Of a DNA stretch of 64,000 nucleotides, positions 1 through 10,801 are shown in pieces (the first letter of the stretch is position 1; every line of letters starts with the position of its first letter). A program made the position numbers and the translations under genes. Source of the stretch: Andalucia godoyi And28. Lineage: Eukaryota; Protista; Jakobida. A model generated the notes under the pieces. It was not told the origin of the DNA and made no database searches. It saw only the letters and a list, made by a program, of their open reading frames with translations. The DNA is taken from NCBI GenBank assembly GCA_009859145.1, contig VRVR01000009.1, forward strand, positions 359,763 to 423,762, in the 5' to 3' direction.

Positions 1-1283
1 GCAGGACAAAGGGTGCAATTAGAAGCGCCTTCACTGGAATACGTCCCTGCAAGACAAGCAGTGCAGTACGCCGCTCCTCCTACGGAAAATGTACCTGCAG
101 GGCAAACGCTGCAGTTGTAGTAGGTGGAATGCCGAAAGTACCCCGGTTCACACCAAGTGATGTTGGAGTACTGCATGACAACAGGACGAACAGCGTAAGA
201 CGGCGTCATATCGATAAATCCGACCACGACGGTCGCATTCTGAGGCGTTCCCAAATAGACTTCACAGTTGACAACGTTGAACTCCGGATAGGCATACGTA
301 CCTCCAACAAGAGACCAAACGGAACCATTCCACTGCTGGACAACAACAGCAAGACGATTGAACAAGCTGTAGGATTGATCCGGATAGCCCACAAACAAAT
401 TTCCATGCTTGTCGATGGCAAATGCAAGAAACACTACTTGGCCAGGAGCAAATGAACCACCGACAATATCCCAGTCAGAGCCGTTCCAACGTTTCACATA
501 TGAGCCATTTCCAGGATAATTTGAGAATGGCTGATTGTAGGCGATATATGGAGAGTCAGCAGCATCCAACTGCAGCTGGAGAGCTTGTACGTGAGCGGAA
601 AATTTGTCCGGGAGTATCTCCCATGCAGATCCTGTCCAACGAGAGACATGCCCATCGCTGGAGGTCCCAGCCGTGAATGCAGCATACGGATTTCCGGCAG
701 CGTTGAAAGCCAGAGACGTGTACTCTGTCGAGTCATTATAAAGATAGGTTCCGAGCATGGACCACGTCGCTCCGTTGAACTTTCGCACGTATGGTTGTCG
801 TGTCACTGGAGTGGCCGCCTCCAGGATGAGAGCATATATGTCTCCCACCTTGTTGACACCAATCGTTGTTATACCCCCACTCGCAGTAAGACTTCCGGGA
901 GGACCCACATACTGCCAACCAGTCCCGTTAAACGTAGCAACAGAAAAACGACTTTGATATGCTCCATCCTGAAATGCAACATAAATCTTGTTGTCAACGG
1001 GGCTGATCGCCATGCTTGTAAAAGTCGCACCGGAGTTTGACATAGGTGCAGGTCCTATGTCAACCCAATCGGATCCGTCAAACTTCATCACGTGGAGTTT
1101 GCCATTGAACGGAGGAAGCATGTCAGAGAACGCAACATACGTCACATTGTCCGGACCAACAACCATTGACCATGGCCGCTGGGGAGCACCGGGCAAGCCC
1201 AAGGGACCCTGGGGATTCCAAGCGAATTCCGCCGTAACTACTCTGATTCCAATGCACAGCAAAAGCCAGATCAAGATTCGCAT
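1..1283 (-). CDS. Secreted/surface protein: signal peptide, 6 beta-propeller-like (F/W)xGxxWxx(V/I/L)G repeats, then Cys-rich GCC2/GCC3 (ephrin-receptor-like) repeats; runs off the window edge
   Basis: Manual translation from ATG 1283 gives MRILIWLLLCIGIRVVTA..., the repeats KFDGSDWVDIG, TFNGTGWQYVG, KFNGATWSMLG, RWTGSAWEILP, RWNGSDWDIVG and QWNGSVWSLVG, then CEPGYF...CSVCPAGTFS...CTACLAGTYS...CTLCP. There is no stop before position 1, so the ORF track omits it. Confidence 0.8.
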   Translation of the reverse strand, partial: MRILIWLLLCIGIRVVTAEFAWNPQGPLGLPGAPQRPWSMVVGPDNVTYVAFSDMLPPFNGKLHVMKFDGSDWVDIGPAPMSNSGATFTSMAISPVDNKIYVAFQDGAYQSRFSVATFNGTGWQYVGPPGSLTASGGITTIGVNKVGDIYALILEAATPVTRQPYVRKFNGATWSMLGTYLYNDSTEYTSLAFNAAGNPYAAFTAGTSSDGHVSRWTGSAWEILPDKFSAHVQALQLQLDAADSPYIAYNQPFSNYPGNGSYVKRWNGSDWDIVGGSFAPGQVVFLAFAIDKHGNLFVGYPDQSYSLFNRLAVVVQQWNGSVWSLVGGTYAYPEFNVVNCEVYLGTPQNATVVVGFIDMTPSYAVRPVVMQYSNITWCEPGYFRHSTYYNCSVCPAGTFSVGGAAYCTACLAGTYSSEGASNCTLCP

Positions 1284-2355
1284 GCGTGTTTGTTTGGTTG
1301 TTTGTTCGTTGTACTTTTGAAACAATAACAAGAAAGAAAGAAGAAAAAGAGAATCACAAAGAAAGACAAGAAGGGTGCCGTTTCATTGGATTTGCTGTGG
1401 CAGTGGCTCTGTTGTCCATTCAATTTCACACTAGCCTGCCAACCGTCTGGAGTTCTTGTTCTCGATCAATGGCGAAAAAAGAGAAAAGCAAATTGAAGTC
1501 TGCAAAGATCCGAGCATTCCCCGAGCCGTATCTGATGTGACATACCCTGCTTCTGCTCGTAATAATCGGAACCAGACATGTCCGCTCTGTTCATGAAGGC
1601 GGACTACTGCAAAAAACTTGTCCTAGCACATTGGGAACCTGGAGACTCGAGTGTCAAATGCCAACTTGCATCTCCATTTGCTGTCGGAAAACGATGACCG
1701 GAGATGCGAGCAAACAACCTAGCGGAGCTCCGATGTGAGCATGTGATCGACAGACGATTCCAGAATGACACCTGATTTGCGATCATTCAGGGTTGGCAAT
1801 AAGAGGAGGAGAAAATTTTCGAGTTTTCGATGGTTCCATCCGGGACGAGCATTCCGAAAGCCTGTCAGATGGTCAGAAAAAAGTGCGAAAAAGCGGAAGT
1901 CCACGTTGAAAGCTTTCAATTCGAGACTCAGATGGGTCATTGCCACCGACCGGCAATTTTCTTGTTTATGTTTCGCATCGTGTCTGCAGTAACTGCCATT
2001 CTTCGCTCTTCGGCTTGCCCGACAGATGCTGGAGGGGAAGATGGCAAATCAAACATCCGAACACCGTGTGCTTGACTGTTCCGCTAGCATTATCTTCGGT
2101 TCTCCTTGTGATGTACACCAGTCTCATTCCAGAAACCATGATGGGGTTTTTCAACCCATGTCAGCATAACAAGGAGGAACTAACTTGAATGAAAGGGTGC
2201 AACCTACGAACTTCCAGAAGAGTAACTGGGGGGGACGATTCGTTAAGTGAATTCAGTCATCTACTTGATCGACACATATGCTGACCAGAAATGCCAAAAT
2301 GCGAGAAAATTTTCAAGGCCTGCTGCGTTTGTCGAATGCTCAAGCCCGGATTGAG

Positions 2356-3439
2356 TTATCCGCGGACGGTCGTGCAAGACTCTCGCATACGGCTCAAAAG
2401 CAAACAACCTGCGGTGCTTCGCTCTTCCAATTCAAAAAGCGTCGGCGCCGCGTCCCTCAGCTGCTGGAAAAACAATCGTAGAGAGTCGCGGTCGGCCAGC
2501 ACTGGTGTATCAAGCGAGGGATCCAGCAGATGAGCGATGATTTCTCTTCGAATCTCAAACAGCTCTGTTTTGGTCCGCACGCGAGAGTGCGAGTCCTGTT
2601 GCAGATTCTTCTCATCAAGAACAATGGCCATTGGCGGCAGCCACAAGAGCGCGTCGCCGAATGCAATGCACATTGTAGTCAGCATTGCCTGCTGCAAGCA
2701 GACCTGCAATCGCTCGCCATCGGACAGATCGGCCAACGACGCCACTGCATCCAGCCAATCGGGCGAGAAGGCAGTGTGGTAGTGAAACTCGTCATTTCGC
2801 TTTTGCATAAACGAAGCACCGCCCCAATCAATCAAGCATACTGGGAACAGAAATTCATTGACTGGCTCGCTCAGAAGGAAGATGTTCTACGGACAAATGT
2901 CCATGTGGTAGATGCCCTTCTCGTGGCAGCTCGACACGATGGATATCGACTGGTGGAGAAGCTGGGAACAATAAAGCATCGCATGCTCGGAAAAGCACGA
3001 TGCAAGTGGCAAAGGGTTGCCCACGGGAGTCGTGCAGAGAACACCACCGCGCTCGGACTGTCCAGAAACCACAAGGGACGGCACCCAGTACTTATGACCG
3101 CTCCAGTCGATTGTAGCAAGTTCTATCAGTGCACTTTTCTCCATCTCCATATCTGCGAGTTTCGACGTCGGAAAGCATTTCACGACAACCGAGGTCGTCT
3201 GATCCACGACAGCCACCGCAATCTCGACCGCATCCCAACTAACTGGACCTGTTGTGCAATCGATAACGAATCAGCAATCGCAGAAGATACAGTAGACACG
3301 ACAGGAGGAGCTTCGCCGTCCTAGGAACATCTAAATACACTGGCGCTCCCTCTTCGAATGTGATGACAGAGTCGGCGGTGGGCGCAGGAGACGCAAATTG
3401 CGATGGTTCCGGGGATTCCAATTCCCCGAGGAGATGCAT
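2356..3439 (-). pseudogene. Degenerate protein kinase (Crinkler/FunK1-like type)
   Basis: One frame reads FLGRRSSSCRVY (Gly-loop-like), TGA, VVVKCF, HEKGIYHMDICP, TAG (2887-2889), NIFLL...CLIDWGG. It has two in-frame stops and an apparent frameshift near 3325. Confidence 0.7.
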
Positions 3440-4362
3440 CGATGGGTCAGGTCGATGGGCGATTCCGAAAGCACCGGTGATTGAAGGCTCAAGTCGACTG
3501 TTGCATCAGGAGCAGGATGCTGTGGCGATTTGTTGAGGGTTGCAGCAAACACGTCGTAGATATCCAAATTCTGTTTACGCAATCTCTGAAAACACATCAA
3601 GACAGGAACAGAAGTAAAAAGAAAACGGCAAGTGCAAAACACCACAGCAGCAAACGGGTCCGCAGGACGATTGCCTGGATGTGGAGATGACGGTTTCATT
3701 GGCACAAGTGCTTCTGGCTGCACAGTTTCTCGATATGGGTAGAGCGGGAGCGGAATTAGTGCTGCTGGACATCAGCGAGCTCGTTTGGTGCGATCGGTGA
3801 GCTGTACTTTTCAATGTAAAATGTGCTGTCATCCTCAGTTTTTTTGTCTCATTGTTGCACTTTGGACCGTTGAGCGCGCGACAGGCGTCGTGACGGGGCT
3901 GTCTGTCGTCCGCTGGGAGTGGCGCAAGCACGGTTCTTCAAGAACAAGGCGAGAAACGGCGATATCACAGAAGAACACCGGAGTGCAGAACTCCACTGAG
4001 CAGCTCCTTGTCGATGCAGGCGCATGCCGATGCACTGAATACATGAACAGAACAGAGAAAAACTGAAATGAATGATGCTTTTATGACCTAATTAATCAAA
4101 AAACACAACTCTGCAGGGAGGCAGCCAAAAGCGACGATTTTTAATACACAAGGAGATATTGTTGTGGGCGTTGCATACATTTCGAAATCGCATCTTGGTA
4201 ACGAGTAGGAACAGAGATATAACAGAAATGCGCAGCCATGCGAAATCGAGTTCGCATGGGCCATTTTCAGGCGAACTCGAGTTCGCCTAAAATCGACTTC
4301 GGTCGGCTCACAGAATTTTCAGGTTCACGTTTGTTCGTTTCCCTCATACCTTGCTGCGTGAA

Positions 4363-5331
4363 ATGTTGACACCAATGTTGTCTCATGCAAACGAGGGCGC
4401 AGCGGAAGAACTGGTTTTGGTTTTTAGTCAACCAGACAACACGGTTGGAGAAACCATTGTCCGTCTCCTCGATGTCACGGGAATCCTTCAGCTCGTAACA
4501 AGGTCCAGTGCGCCAGGCACCATCCGAAGCTCGAGCCTGCTCCTCGTTTCTGTTGCAGATGCGGTCTGCGGGCGACTGGACCCGTCAGTGTCCTGGCTAC
4601 AACCAAGCGGCTTGCCTCGGTGGAAATACACGAGTCTGCCTCATATTTCTGTTGACCTGTCCATGTCCTCCTCGATCGTTAGGTTATTGTGCGATGGTGG
4701 ATTGGGCATGACCAGCACTGTGTATCCGTTGGCACGGGAATATGACGGTGTCTTGTTTCTCGGGGGAGCGCTTCCGCGAGTGATTTCGCGCGCAAGCTTT
4801 CTTCGTTCTCTTCTGAGCAGCGGACTGACTTGCAGGCGCATGTACATTCTAACGGGCCCCAGGGACCTGCAGTCGGATGCAGGCGAGACAGACTCGGCGT
4901 TGTTTGATGCCTGTGGAGAAGTCGTGGCAACGGAAGAGGAGATGGTTCCATTGGTACTGAGTAGAATGCTGGATGTTCGGACGGCTTTCTCGGACGTCAC
5001 AGTTGTTTCGGGAGCTCGGGATGCTGATTACGGCCGTGCAACGACGGAGAGCTCTGTGCGGGCATGGCTGACGCAATGCGAGGTGCAGGGTGGCCGATAT
5101 TTGGCGATTTCGAACCAGCCGTTTGTGTTCTATCAGCAGCTTGTTATAGACAGAACTGTCCGCGAAGCTCGGACTCTGGTGTTGGGGAACGATGCCGGCC
5201 CCGGAGTGGACTGTGTGGGACCAACCTGCTTGTCTTGCGATCAAACAACCTGTCAATTCAGTCTTGTGCTTCTCGACACATGTGCGCGCATCTTGAATGA
5301 ACTGTCTCGGCAGAATGCTGCGGTGTCGTGA
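4363..5331 (+). CDS. Bacterial-like DUF218/YdcF-type Rossmann-fold protein
   Basis: The motifs YDGVLFLGG, YILTGPRDL, RATTESSVRAWL, YLAISNQPFVFYQ and LLDTCARIL match, from memory, a family of uncharacterised proteins of intracellular bacteria. The first ATG is at 4363. Confidence 0.6.
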   Translation: MLTPMLSHANEGAAEELVLVFSQPDNTVGETIVRLLDVTGILQLVTRSSAPGTIRSSSLLLVSVADAVCGRLDPSVSWLQPSGLPRWKYTSLPHISVDLSMSSSIVRLLCDGGLGMTSTVYPLAREYDGVLFLGGALPRVISRASFLRSLLSSGLTCRRMYILTGPRDLQSDAGETDSALFDACGEVVATEEEMVPLVLSRMLDVRTAFSDVTVVSGARDADYGRATTESSVRAWLTQCEVQGGRYLAISNQPFVFYQQLVIDRTVREARTLVLGNDAGPGVDCVGPTCLSCDQTTCQFSLVLLDTCARILNELSRQNAAVS

Positions 5332-5681
5332 TCGTCGTGTTGTCCGAGGGGTCACGCAGTCCTTCCTTCATGTTTCTTCTTTCATTGAAATGAAGAAGCC
5401 AATCTGCTTGGACGCTTCGCCGTACGACCGGTGAAGGCTTTTCCTCGTGGTCGCAAAGCATGCGCAAAAGCCAAAAGAGGGGTTTTTTTCCGGGGGGGAT
5501 TTTGCCTTTTTCCTTTTATGGGAATTGAGGAAAGCCGCCTGTTTCCGGTCTCCTGTCTCCCCGCAGTTTTCGTCTGCTTCCCTCCTTTTATTCTCTCGTT
5601 TCTCTCGTTTCTCTTCTTTTGTTCTCCCCCCTTCTTTTTCTTCTTTTACCTTGTATCTTTCAAAATTCGTTTTTCCAGACC

Positions 5682-8600
5682 ATGCGACTCCTAGTTTACG
5701 TTCTGCTGCTTGCGCTGTTCGAGCTTGGAACGATTGCGCGCGCTGTAAGCAATTTCAATGCTGCCATCCATGTTGTTACGCAGGAGGCTTTCCGGCGGTC
5801 TCCTGGTGAAGGTGCACCGTACATTGCAGACGCCATGAAGTCGCTGTCTTCAGTTCACTTTCCGGACATCCACGGAGAGAAATGCGGCAGCACAGAGTAT
5901 ATCGTGTATGGAGCGCAAGCAACAGTGACCCCGACTTTGGACATGTCGTCCATTAACATCGACATTGTCCCAGACGGCATTCATGCAACGGGAGTTGGAA
6001 GTGCACATGTCGAAGTGCCCCTGCGGTATGTGTACATCACGGGCCACACCTTCGACCACCATTGTTTAATCCACAAGGTGGTTTGCGATTCCGTTCCTGT
6101 GTTTGTGGACGTGAATCCAATCACGCTGGATGCGCATCTTCAGCTGTCACTCGACACCACCGCCAACGTCATTCGAGTCAATCCTGTAGTTTCTGTCAAC
6201 ACGGGGGCCGCCAGAGTGGATCTTTCGCGATGCAGCTCTGGTGGCTCTTTGGTGGACGACGTGGTTCGCTCTATTCTCGCAGGACTGCAGCACCAGATAA
6301 GCGATTTGGTCACGTCAGCGCTGCAGCAGAGTGTGAATGACTACATTGCGTCGCTTGCCAGTATGCAAGTCACCACGCCCCAAGTCTTCGCGCCATTTTC
6401 GAACGCGTTCATCGCTCTGAACTACACAGGCCTTGTGATTGTCGCGAACAGTCACGTTCAAGTCACAGCCTCGATGAATCTAACCGCAACAACGCCAGAG
6501 GGAAGGAATGTGACGTGGAATGGCGTGCGTCCGGAGGAAGCGCTTCGGTATCCCCCGGCTGATTTCCAACCAGTCAGTCCCGATGGCCGCTACATGCTGG
6601 AGAATCTGAATCGGCAATCGTCGACGATCATCGAGGGCCTGTTTTGGACAATGACGGAGTCGGGGGCGTTCATGTTTGCGTGCAACGTCACGGTGCTGGA
6701 CGCCCGCATCGAGTTCAACATGTCGATGTCGCAGCCCGTCGCGTCGATTCCGGGAAACGGCAACTTGAGTCTTTGGGTGGACTCCGGGCGAGTCATGTCC
6801 ACTTGCGGGAAAGCCCCGGTCGGCGACACCATGCCGTGCATCCAAATTGCATTCCAGGATCTCTCGCTGTTCGGGCATCTGGAGTCTTCGGGGACCACGT
6901 CGCCAGAGTATGTATTCGTGGTGGATGGCCTGGACATGTCAAGAATCAGCATTCAGCTTATTGCACCTCCTCTTCCGCTGCCTCTGTCGCTCATCACGGA
7001 CATGTTGCGATCACTGGTCCGCCATTCCATCGGGCCCATGAACAGCGCACTCAGGAACTACACGGTGAACCTTGCTCCGGGCGTTCGTCCGTTCCTGCCG
7101 CATCCCGTTGTCTCCCTTGTGAGCTATGGCGATGGCACTGGGGAAGGCTACACTGAGTTCTTGTCCGCTTGCAGCGTGTCGAAGGATGATCCGTATCCGT
7201 GCTCCGTCAGATCAGACGCAGTGCCTCGCCTTGTTTCCTGGCCTCCCACCGCGCCTGCAGCTGGTCACTCGATCGACTTGCAACGCGACGAGCACGCAGT
7301 CCGCAACGAGCACGCAGTCCGCAACTCGAGCTTTCCGAACACCGTTGGAATTCTGGTGTTTGGAAGCATGATGCGCGGCGTGGGAAACCCCACTTGCTCC
7401 ATGAACCACGAGGGAGATCGACTCTTGTCGTTGGCGATCAACGTCACGGGCGGAAGCTGTGCGGTTGCTTCGCATGCCCCTCAAACCGCATCCTACTATT
7501 CTCTCTCTTCGGTGACGTCCTCGGATGGCGACATCCGAATGGCAGCGCGGTTCTTGTGTGCAGACTCTGCATGCACCGACTGTGCTGTGGAGGTCCATGA
7601 TGCACCTCCGCAGTCGTGTGTGCAGTCTGTCAGCAAGCCTGCACTCAGCGTTTTGCTGGTGCCGAGTAGCGAAGGCTGCCTCGGTCCTGCAATGCTGCCT
7701 CCAATGCCACCAGACGCGTTTCTGATTGTGGAACAGACCCCCGATGGAGATGAGTTTACACCAACGCTCTGGGCCATCACTCGTGTGGACTACACCACCA
7801 ATGCCAGCGTCAGCGTGTGCAAGTCGTTTGACGAAGACCCGTTTCTTTCTGCACCGTTCGCTGTCCCCGGCCACTTTATGATCTCTGGCCGCTCGCTGCT
7901 GGACCTTGATTGCTCGCCGTCGTGTGCAGATTGCTCCGTGCAACTGTCGTTTGACCAAGCCGAGCCAGTGCTCGTGCAGAATAAGCTGCTGCAACTGTGG
8001 ACGTTTGATTTTCTCTCCAGCTGCAGTGCTCCCAACATCCATCCTGCACACTCTGGTCGGGACGATGCTGATTCAAAAGTCATCGTGATCGCTGTGGTGT
8101 GTATCGTCATCATCGTTATCGTCATTGCTGCGGGGCTGGTGGTGCTCGGCATCCGGATGCGAAGGCGAAAGCGCCGAGATCAGTCGCAACCTCGAGGCAA
8201 TGTCAATGACCAGTCTCCGCTCATTCGCGGAGAGCCGAACTCGTCTGTCAAACGCGACTGTTCTGCATGCCTGCCGCAGGTGACGATGCCTTGGAACGTT
8301 GGAGCAACAACAGCAGCAGCAGCAGCAGCACCTGTGCACCGGAGGAGCGAGGAAGCGCTACCTCGAAGAATCCCTTGCTTCTTCAAACCACGGCGGCCTA
8401 CTACAGAGGAAGTGCGTCTGTATGGGATGGCACTCGCGATTGTGATCATCGCGGCTTGCTTGATGGCGTACACGCTTGCTTCTGCGACGAATCCGCTGCA
8501 GAAGCTGTCCGTCGCATCTCTTCGCCAGCACGTTTCTGGGCCCGATTTCTTCGACCTGGCTGCGCTGGACCGCGTCATTCGGACTTGGGTTCTGGTGGTA

Positions 8601-10649
8601 GACGGCACGCTTGGGAGCATGTTTGCCTTGCTGCTGCTGCTTGTCTGTTGGAAGCTGTGCACGGGAATGCCACACAAGTTTCTGCACATGCTGTCCTGTC
8701 TGCGAAATCACAGCGCACTGTGTCTCGCGTCTGTGGTTCTTGTCTTTGTTGCTCCTTTGGTCTATGTTTCTTTTCGGAGCTTGGCAAAAATCAATCCGAG
8801 TGCGTTTGGGTCCGCGGTGGCAGATTCGCAGGACGCAACCTCGTTCTTGTCCTTGCTTACGGGGTTTGTGTTTGCGGGTGCCCTATTCGGGAATGTCTGC
8901 ATCATATTGCTCTTCGTATTCCGGTCGATTCAGCTTGCTGTTCATGTTTCGCTGGTTGGCATCGTGTCGTTCCGCCTCTCGCTGCCGCGCTCCGGAACGT
9001 TCTTTGCAAATGTGATGGCGGGTCTTGCTCTTTCCCACGTGTTTTGCATCATGGCGGAAACCCTGCCGCTGATGCTGTTCTACCAAACCTCTGGGTGCCC
9101 CACCGACTTTGCCTCGGCTTGGATTTTCATGTGGTGCACGGACGCTGTGGCATCCACGCATCTCTATCTAGAGCTGAAGCGACTGCATCACAACCGTGAG
9201 TACCGTGCTGGTGCGCTGTCCAAATTGCCGGTGCTTCTGTTTTGGACCCTCCATCTGAATGCGTTTGTTGTGGCTGCCGTTGATGGGTATGTGGTGTACC
9301 AGGGAATGGTGCTGTATGCTCGTCTGTCTCTGGATGTTGCGTTCCTGGTCCTTCTGTGTCTGGTTGTGGTTCTGCTGACTGTGTTCAGCATTCTATGTGC
9401 CTTTTTCGTCCCCGACAGCTTCGTGTCTCTCAAGCATCTTGCCTGGTGGCTGACATTCGTTGCTACATTCGCGCTCCGCCTTCCTCTCCTTCTCATCGAC
9501 GGTTTGATTGGCGGCATTGTGCGCATTGCCGGCAAGGTGAAGTCCTCGCGCGCGGCTGGGATTGCGGACCGCTACGCCGGATTGTGGGCGTGGCTTGTGG
9601 AGAAGTTTGAGAATTCACGGCCGCGTGTGTTTGGCAGACGGACAGTCGGCAGGCGGCCGTTTCTGCTGATTGGCACGGTCTTCTTGGGTGTGGTGGTGCT
9701 CAAGTTTCAAAAGGATCGAGTGTACGGGCCGTCGACGTCCGCGAATGTCCGCACTTGGCTCAACCGTCAGAATCTCGGCTTCACGTGGCCGCCTTCGCGC
9801 ATGACATGCGACGACGCATGCGATGCTGTGGATGCCGGCTTCATGCTGCAGTTCATTCTTGAGGGTGTTGCCTTTGGGTGCTTTGGATTCTCCGTACTGA
9901 CGGACGTGCTGGGGAGCAACGAAGGCTTTTTCCCTCTGGTGTTGCATTACATGAGCGTTGTCTCGTCGTTTGCAGGAACGGCCATGCTGTTTGGATCCAT
10001 CATTCCGATCTGGCTGCCAGACTACTTTGCGCTGTGCGGGGTCGCTTCGCTGCTTCCACAGTGCGCACCGCTCTTTACAGACTTTGTGGACACGTTCCTG
10101 CGAGGGATTGTGGGGCTCGGGCTGAGCACGCTGTTCACGATGGCCATCGGCCCGCTGCTGTTCTTTGTCGGCCCCGCACTCATGCGCGTCTGTGCTTATG
10201 GAAGAACCGGGATGGGCTCGAGCAATGTTAATGGTGATGGCAATGGCAATGGCAATGGTGCTGGGGCCAGTTCGTTTTTCACAGGAATCTTCATCGGAGC
10301 GTCCATCCTGACTCCGTTGCTTTGTGTGCTGCCGATGGCCCTGTTTCAGCAGCTTGCAGGTGATTCCGTGTCGGGAGCCGTGTTCGTCGCCTTTCTTGTT
10401 CTTTCTCCCCTGATTGGGTCCATGTTCCGGTTCGACGACGCTCGTCCCATGTCGGTGCTGTATCTGTGGGTGCTCATGTTGCTGTCCCTCATCACGGTGC
10501 TGATCGTGCATTTCAGCTGGTGGGACGAGATTCAAGGCTACATGAAGTCGGGGGAATTCTACTGCGAGTTCTTTGCAGAATTTTTCCTCTCCAATGTGGC
10601 GTTCGGGGATCTTTTGATGTTGTGTGCTTCCTTCTTTCTTGAATCATAA
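5682..10649 (+). CDS. Large membrane protein: signal peptide, BPI/LBP (TULIP)-like ectodomain, Cys-rich region, single TM, then a polytopic region (>10 predicted TM segments)
   Basis: Intact ORF of about 1655 aa starting MRLLVYVLLLALFELGTIARA. The N-terminal beta-rich region (FPDIHGEKCG...SSINIDIVPDGIH) resembles BPI/LBP. A TM segment VIVIAVVCIVIIVIVIAAGLVVLGI is followed by RRRKRR, and many hydrophobic helices follow. Confidence 0.7.
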   Translation: MRLLVYVLLLALFELGTIARAVSNFNAAIHVVTQEAFRRSPGEGAPYIADAMKSLSSVHFPDIHGEKCGSTEYIVYGAQATVTPTLDMSSINIDIVPDGIHATGVGSAHVEVPLRYVYITGHTFDHHCLIHKVVCDSVPVFVDVNPITLDAHLQLSLDTTANVIRVNPVVSVNTGAARVDLSRCSSGGSLVDDVVRSILAGLQHQISDLVTSALQQSVNDYIASLASMQVTTPQVFAPFSNAFIALNYTGLVIVANSHVQVTASMNLTATTPEGRNVTWNGVRPEEALRYPPADFQPVSPDGRYMLENLNRQSSTIIEGLFWTMTESGAFMFACNVTVLDARIEFNMSMSQPVASIPGNGNLSLWVDSGRVMSTCGKAPVGDTMPCIQIAFQDLSLFGHLESSGTTSPEYVFVVDGLDMSRISIQLIAPPLPLPLSLITDMLRSLVRHSIGPMNSALRNYTVNLAPGVRPFLPHPVVSLVSYGDGTGEGYTEFLSACSVSKDDPYPCSVRSDAVPRLVSWPPTAPAAGHSIDLQRDEHAVRNEHAVRNSSFPNTVGILVFGSMMRGVGNPTCSMNHEGDRLLSLAINVTGGSCAVASHAPQTASYYSLSSVTSSDGDIRMAARFLCADSACTDCAVEVHDAPPQSCVQSVSKPALSVLLVPSSEGCLGPAMLPPMPPDAFLIVEQTPDGDEFTPTLWAITRVDYTTNASVSVCKSFDEDPFLSAPFAVPGHFMISGRSLLDLDCSPSCADCSVQLSFDQAEPVLVQNKLLQLWTFDFLSSCSAPNIHPAHSGRDDADSKVIVIAVVCIVIIVIVIAAGLVVLGIRMRRRKRRDQSQPRGNVNDQSPLIRGEPNSSVKRDCSACLPQVTMPWNVGATTAAAAAAPVHRRSEEALPRRIPCFFKPRRPTTEEVRLYGMALAIVIIAACLMAYTLASATNPLQKLSVASLRQHVSGPDFFDLAALDRVIRTWVLVVDGTLGSMFALLLLLVCWKLCTGMPHKFLHMLSCLRNHSALCLASVVLVFVAPLVYVSFRSLAKINPSAFGSAVADSQDATSFLSLLTGFVFAGALFGNVCIILLFVFRSIQLAVHVSLVGIVSFRLSLPRSGTFFANVMAGLALSHVFCIMAETLPLMLFYQTSGCPTDFASAWIFMWCTDAVASTHLYLELKRLHHNREYRAGALSKLPVLLFWTLHLNAFVVAAVDGYVVYQGMVLYARLSLDVAFLVLLCLVVVLLTVFSILCAFFVPDSFVSLKHLAWWLTFVATFALRLPLLLIDGLIGGIVRIAGKVKSSRAAGIADRYAGLWAWLVEKFENSRPRVFGRRTVGRRPFLLIGTVFLGVVVLKFQKDRVYGPSTSANVRTWLNRQNLGFTWPPSRMTCDDACDAVDAGFMLQFILEGVAFGCFGFSVLTDVLGSNEGFFPLVLHYMSVVSSFAGTAMLFGSIIPIWLPDYFALCGVASLLPQCAPLFTDFVDTFLRGIVGLGLSTLFTMAIGPLLFFVGPALMRVCAYGRTGMGSSNVNGDGNGNGNGAGASSFFTGIFIGASILTPLLCVLPMALFQQLAGDSVSGAVFVAFLVLSPLIGSMFRFDDARPMSVLYLWVLMLLSLITVLIVHFSWWDEIQGYMKSGEFYCEFFAEFFLSNVAFGDLLMLCASFFLES

Positions 10650-10801
10650 ATGTTTGCAGTTTTTGTTTTCTTCGCGTGCTTGTGCAGGAATGCAGCAGTC
10701 TTCAAAACCAAAGGGGGACAACAAAAAACCACCACCAGGAGGGATGCCGCGATGCTTTTCAATCTTTGCGCTGGACGTCTTGGTTTTTTATGCTTGCCTT
10801 T

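Noticed and set aside
1286-2300. Several short ORFs on both strands
   Set aside because: No motif or consistent frame; probably intergenic or decayed sequence.
7288-7323. 18-bp tandem duplication (EHAVRN x2) in the large membrane protein
   Set aside because: An in-frame slippage duplication in a linker; unremarkable.
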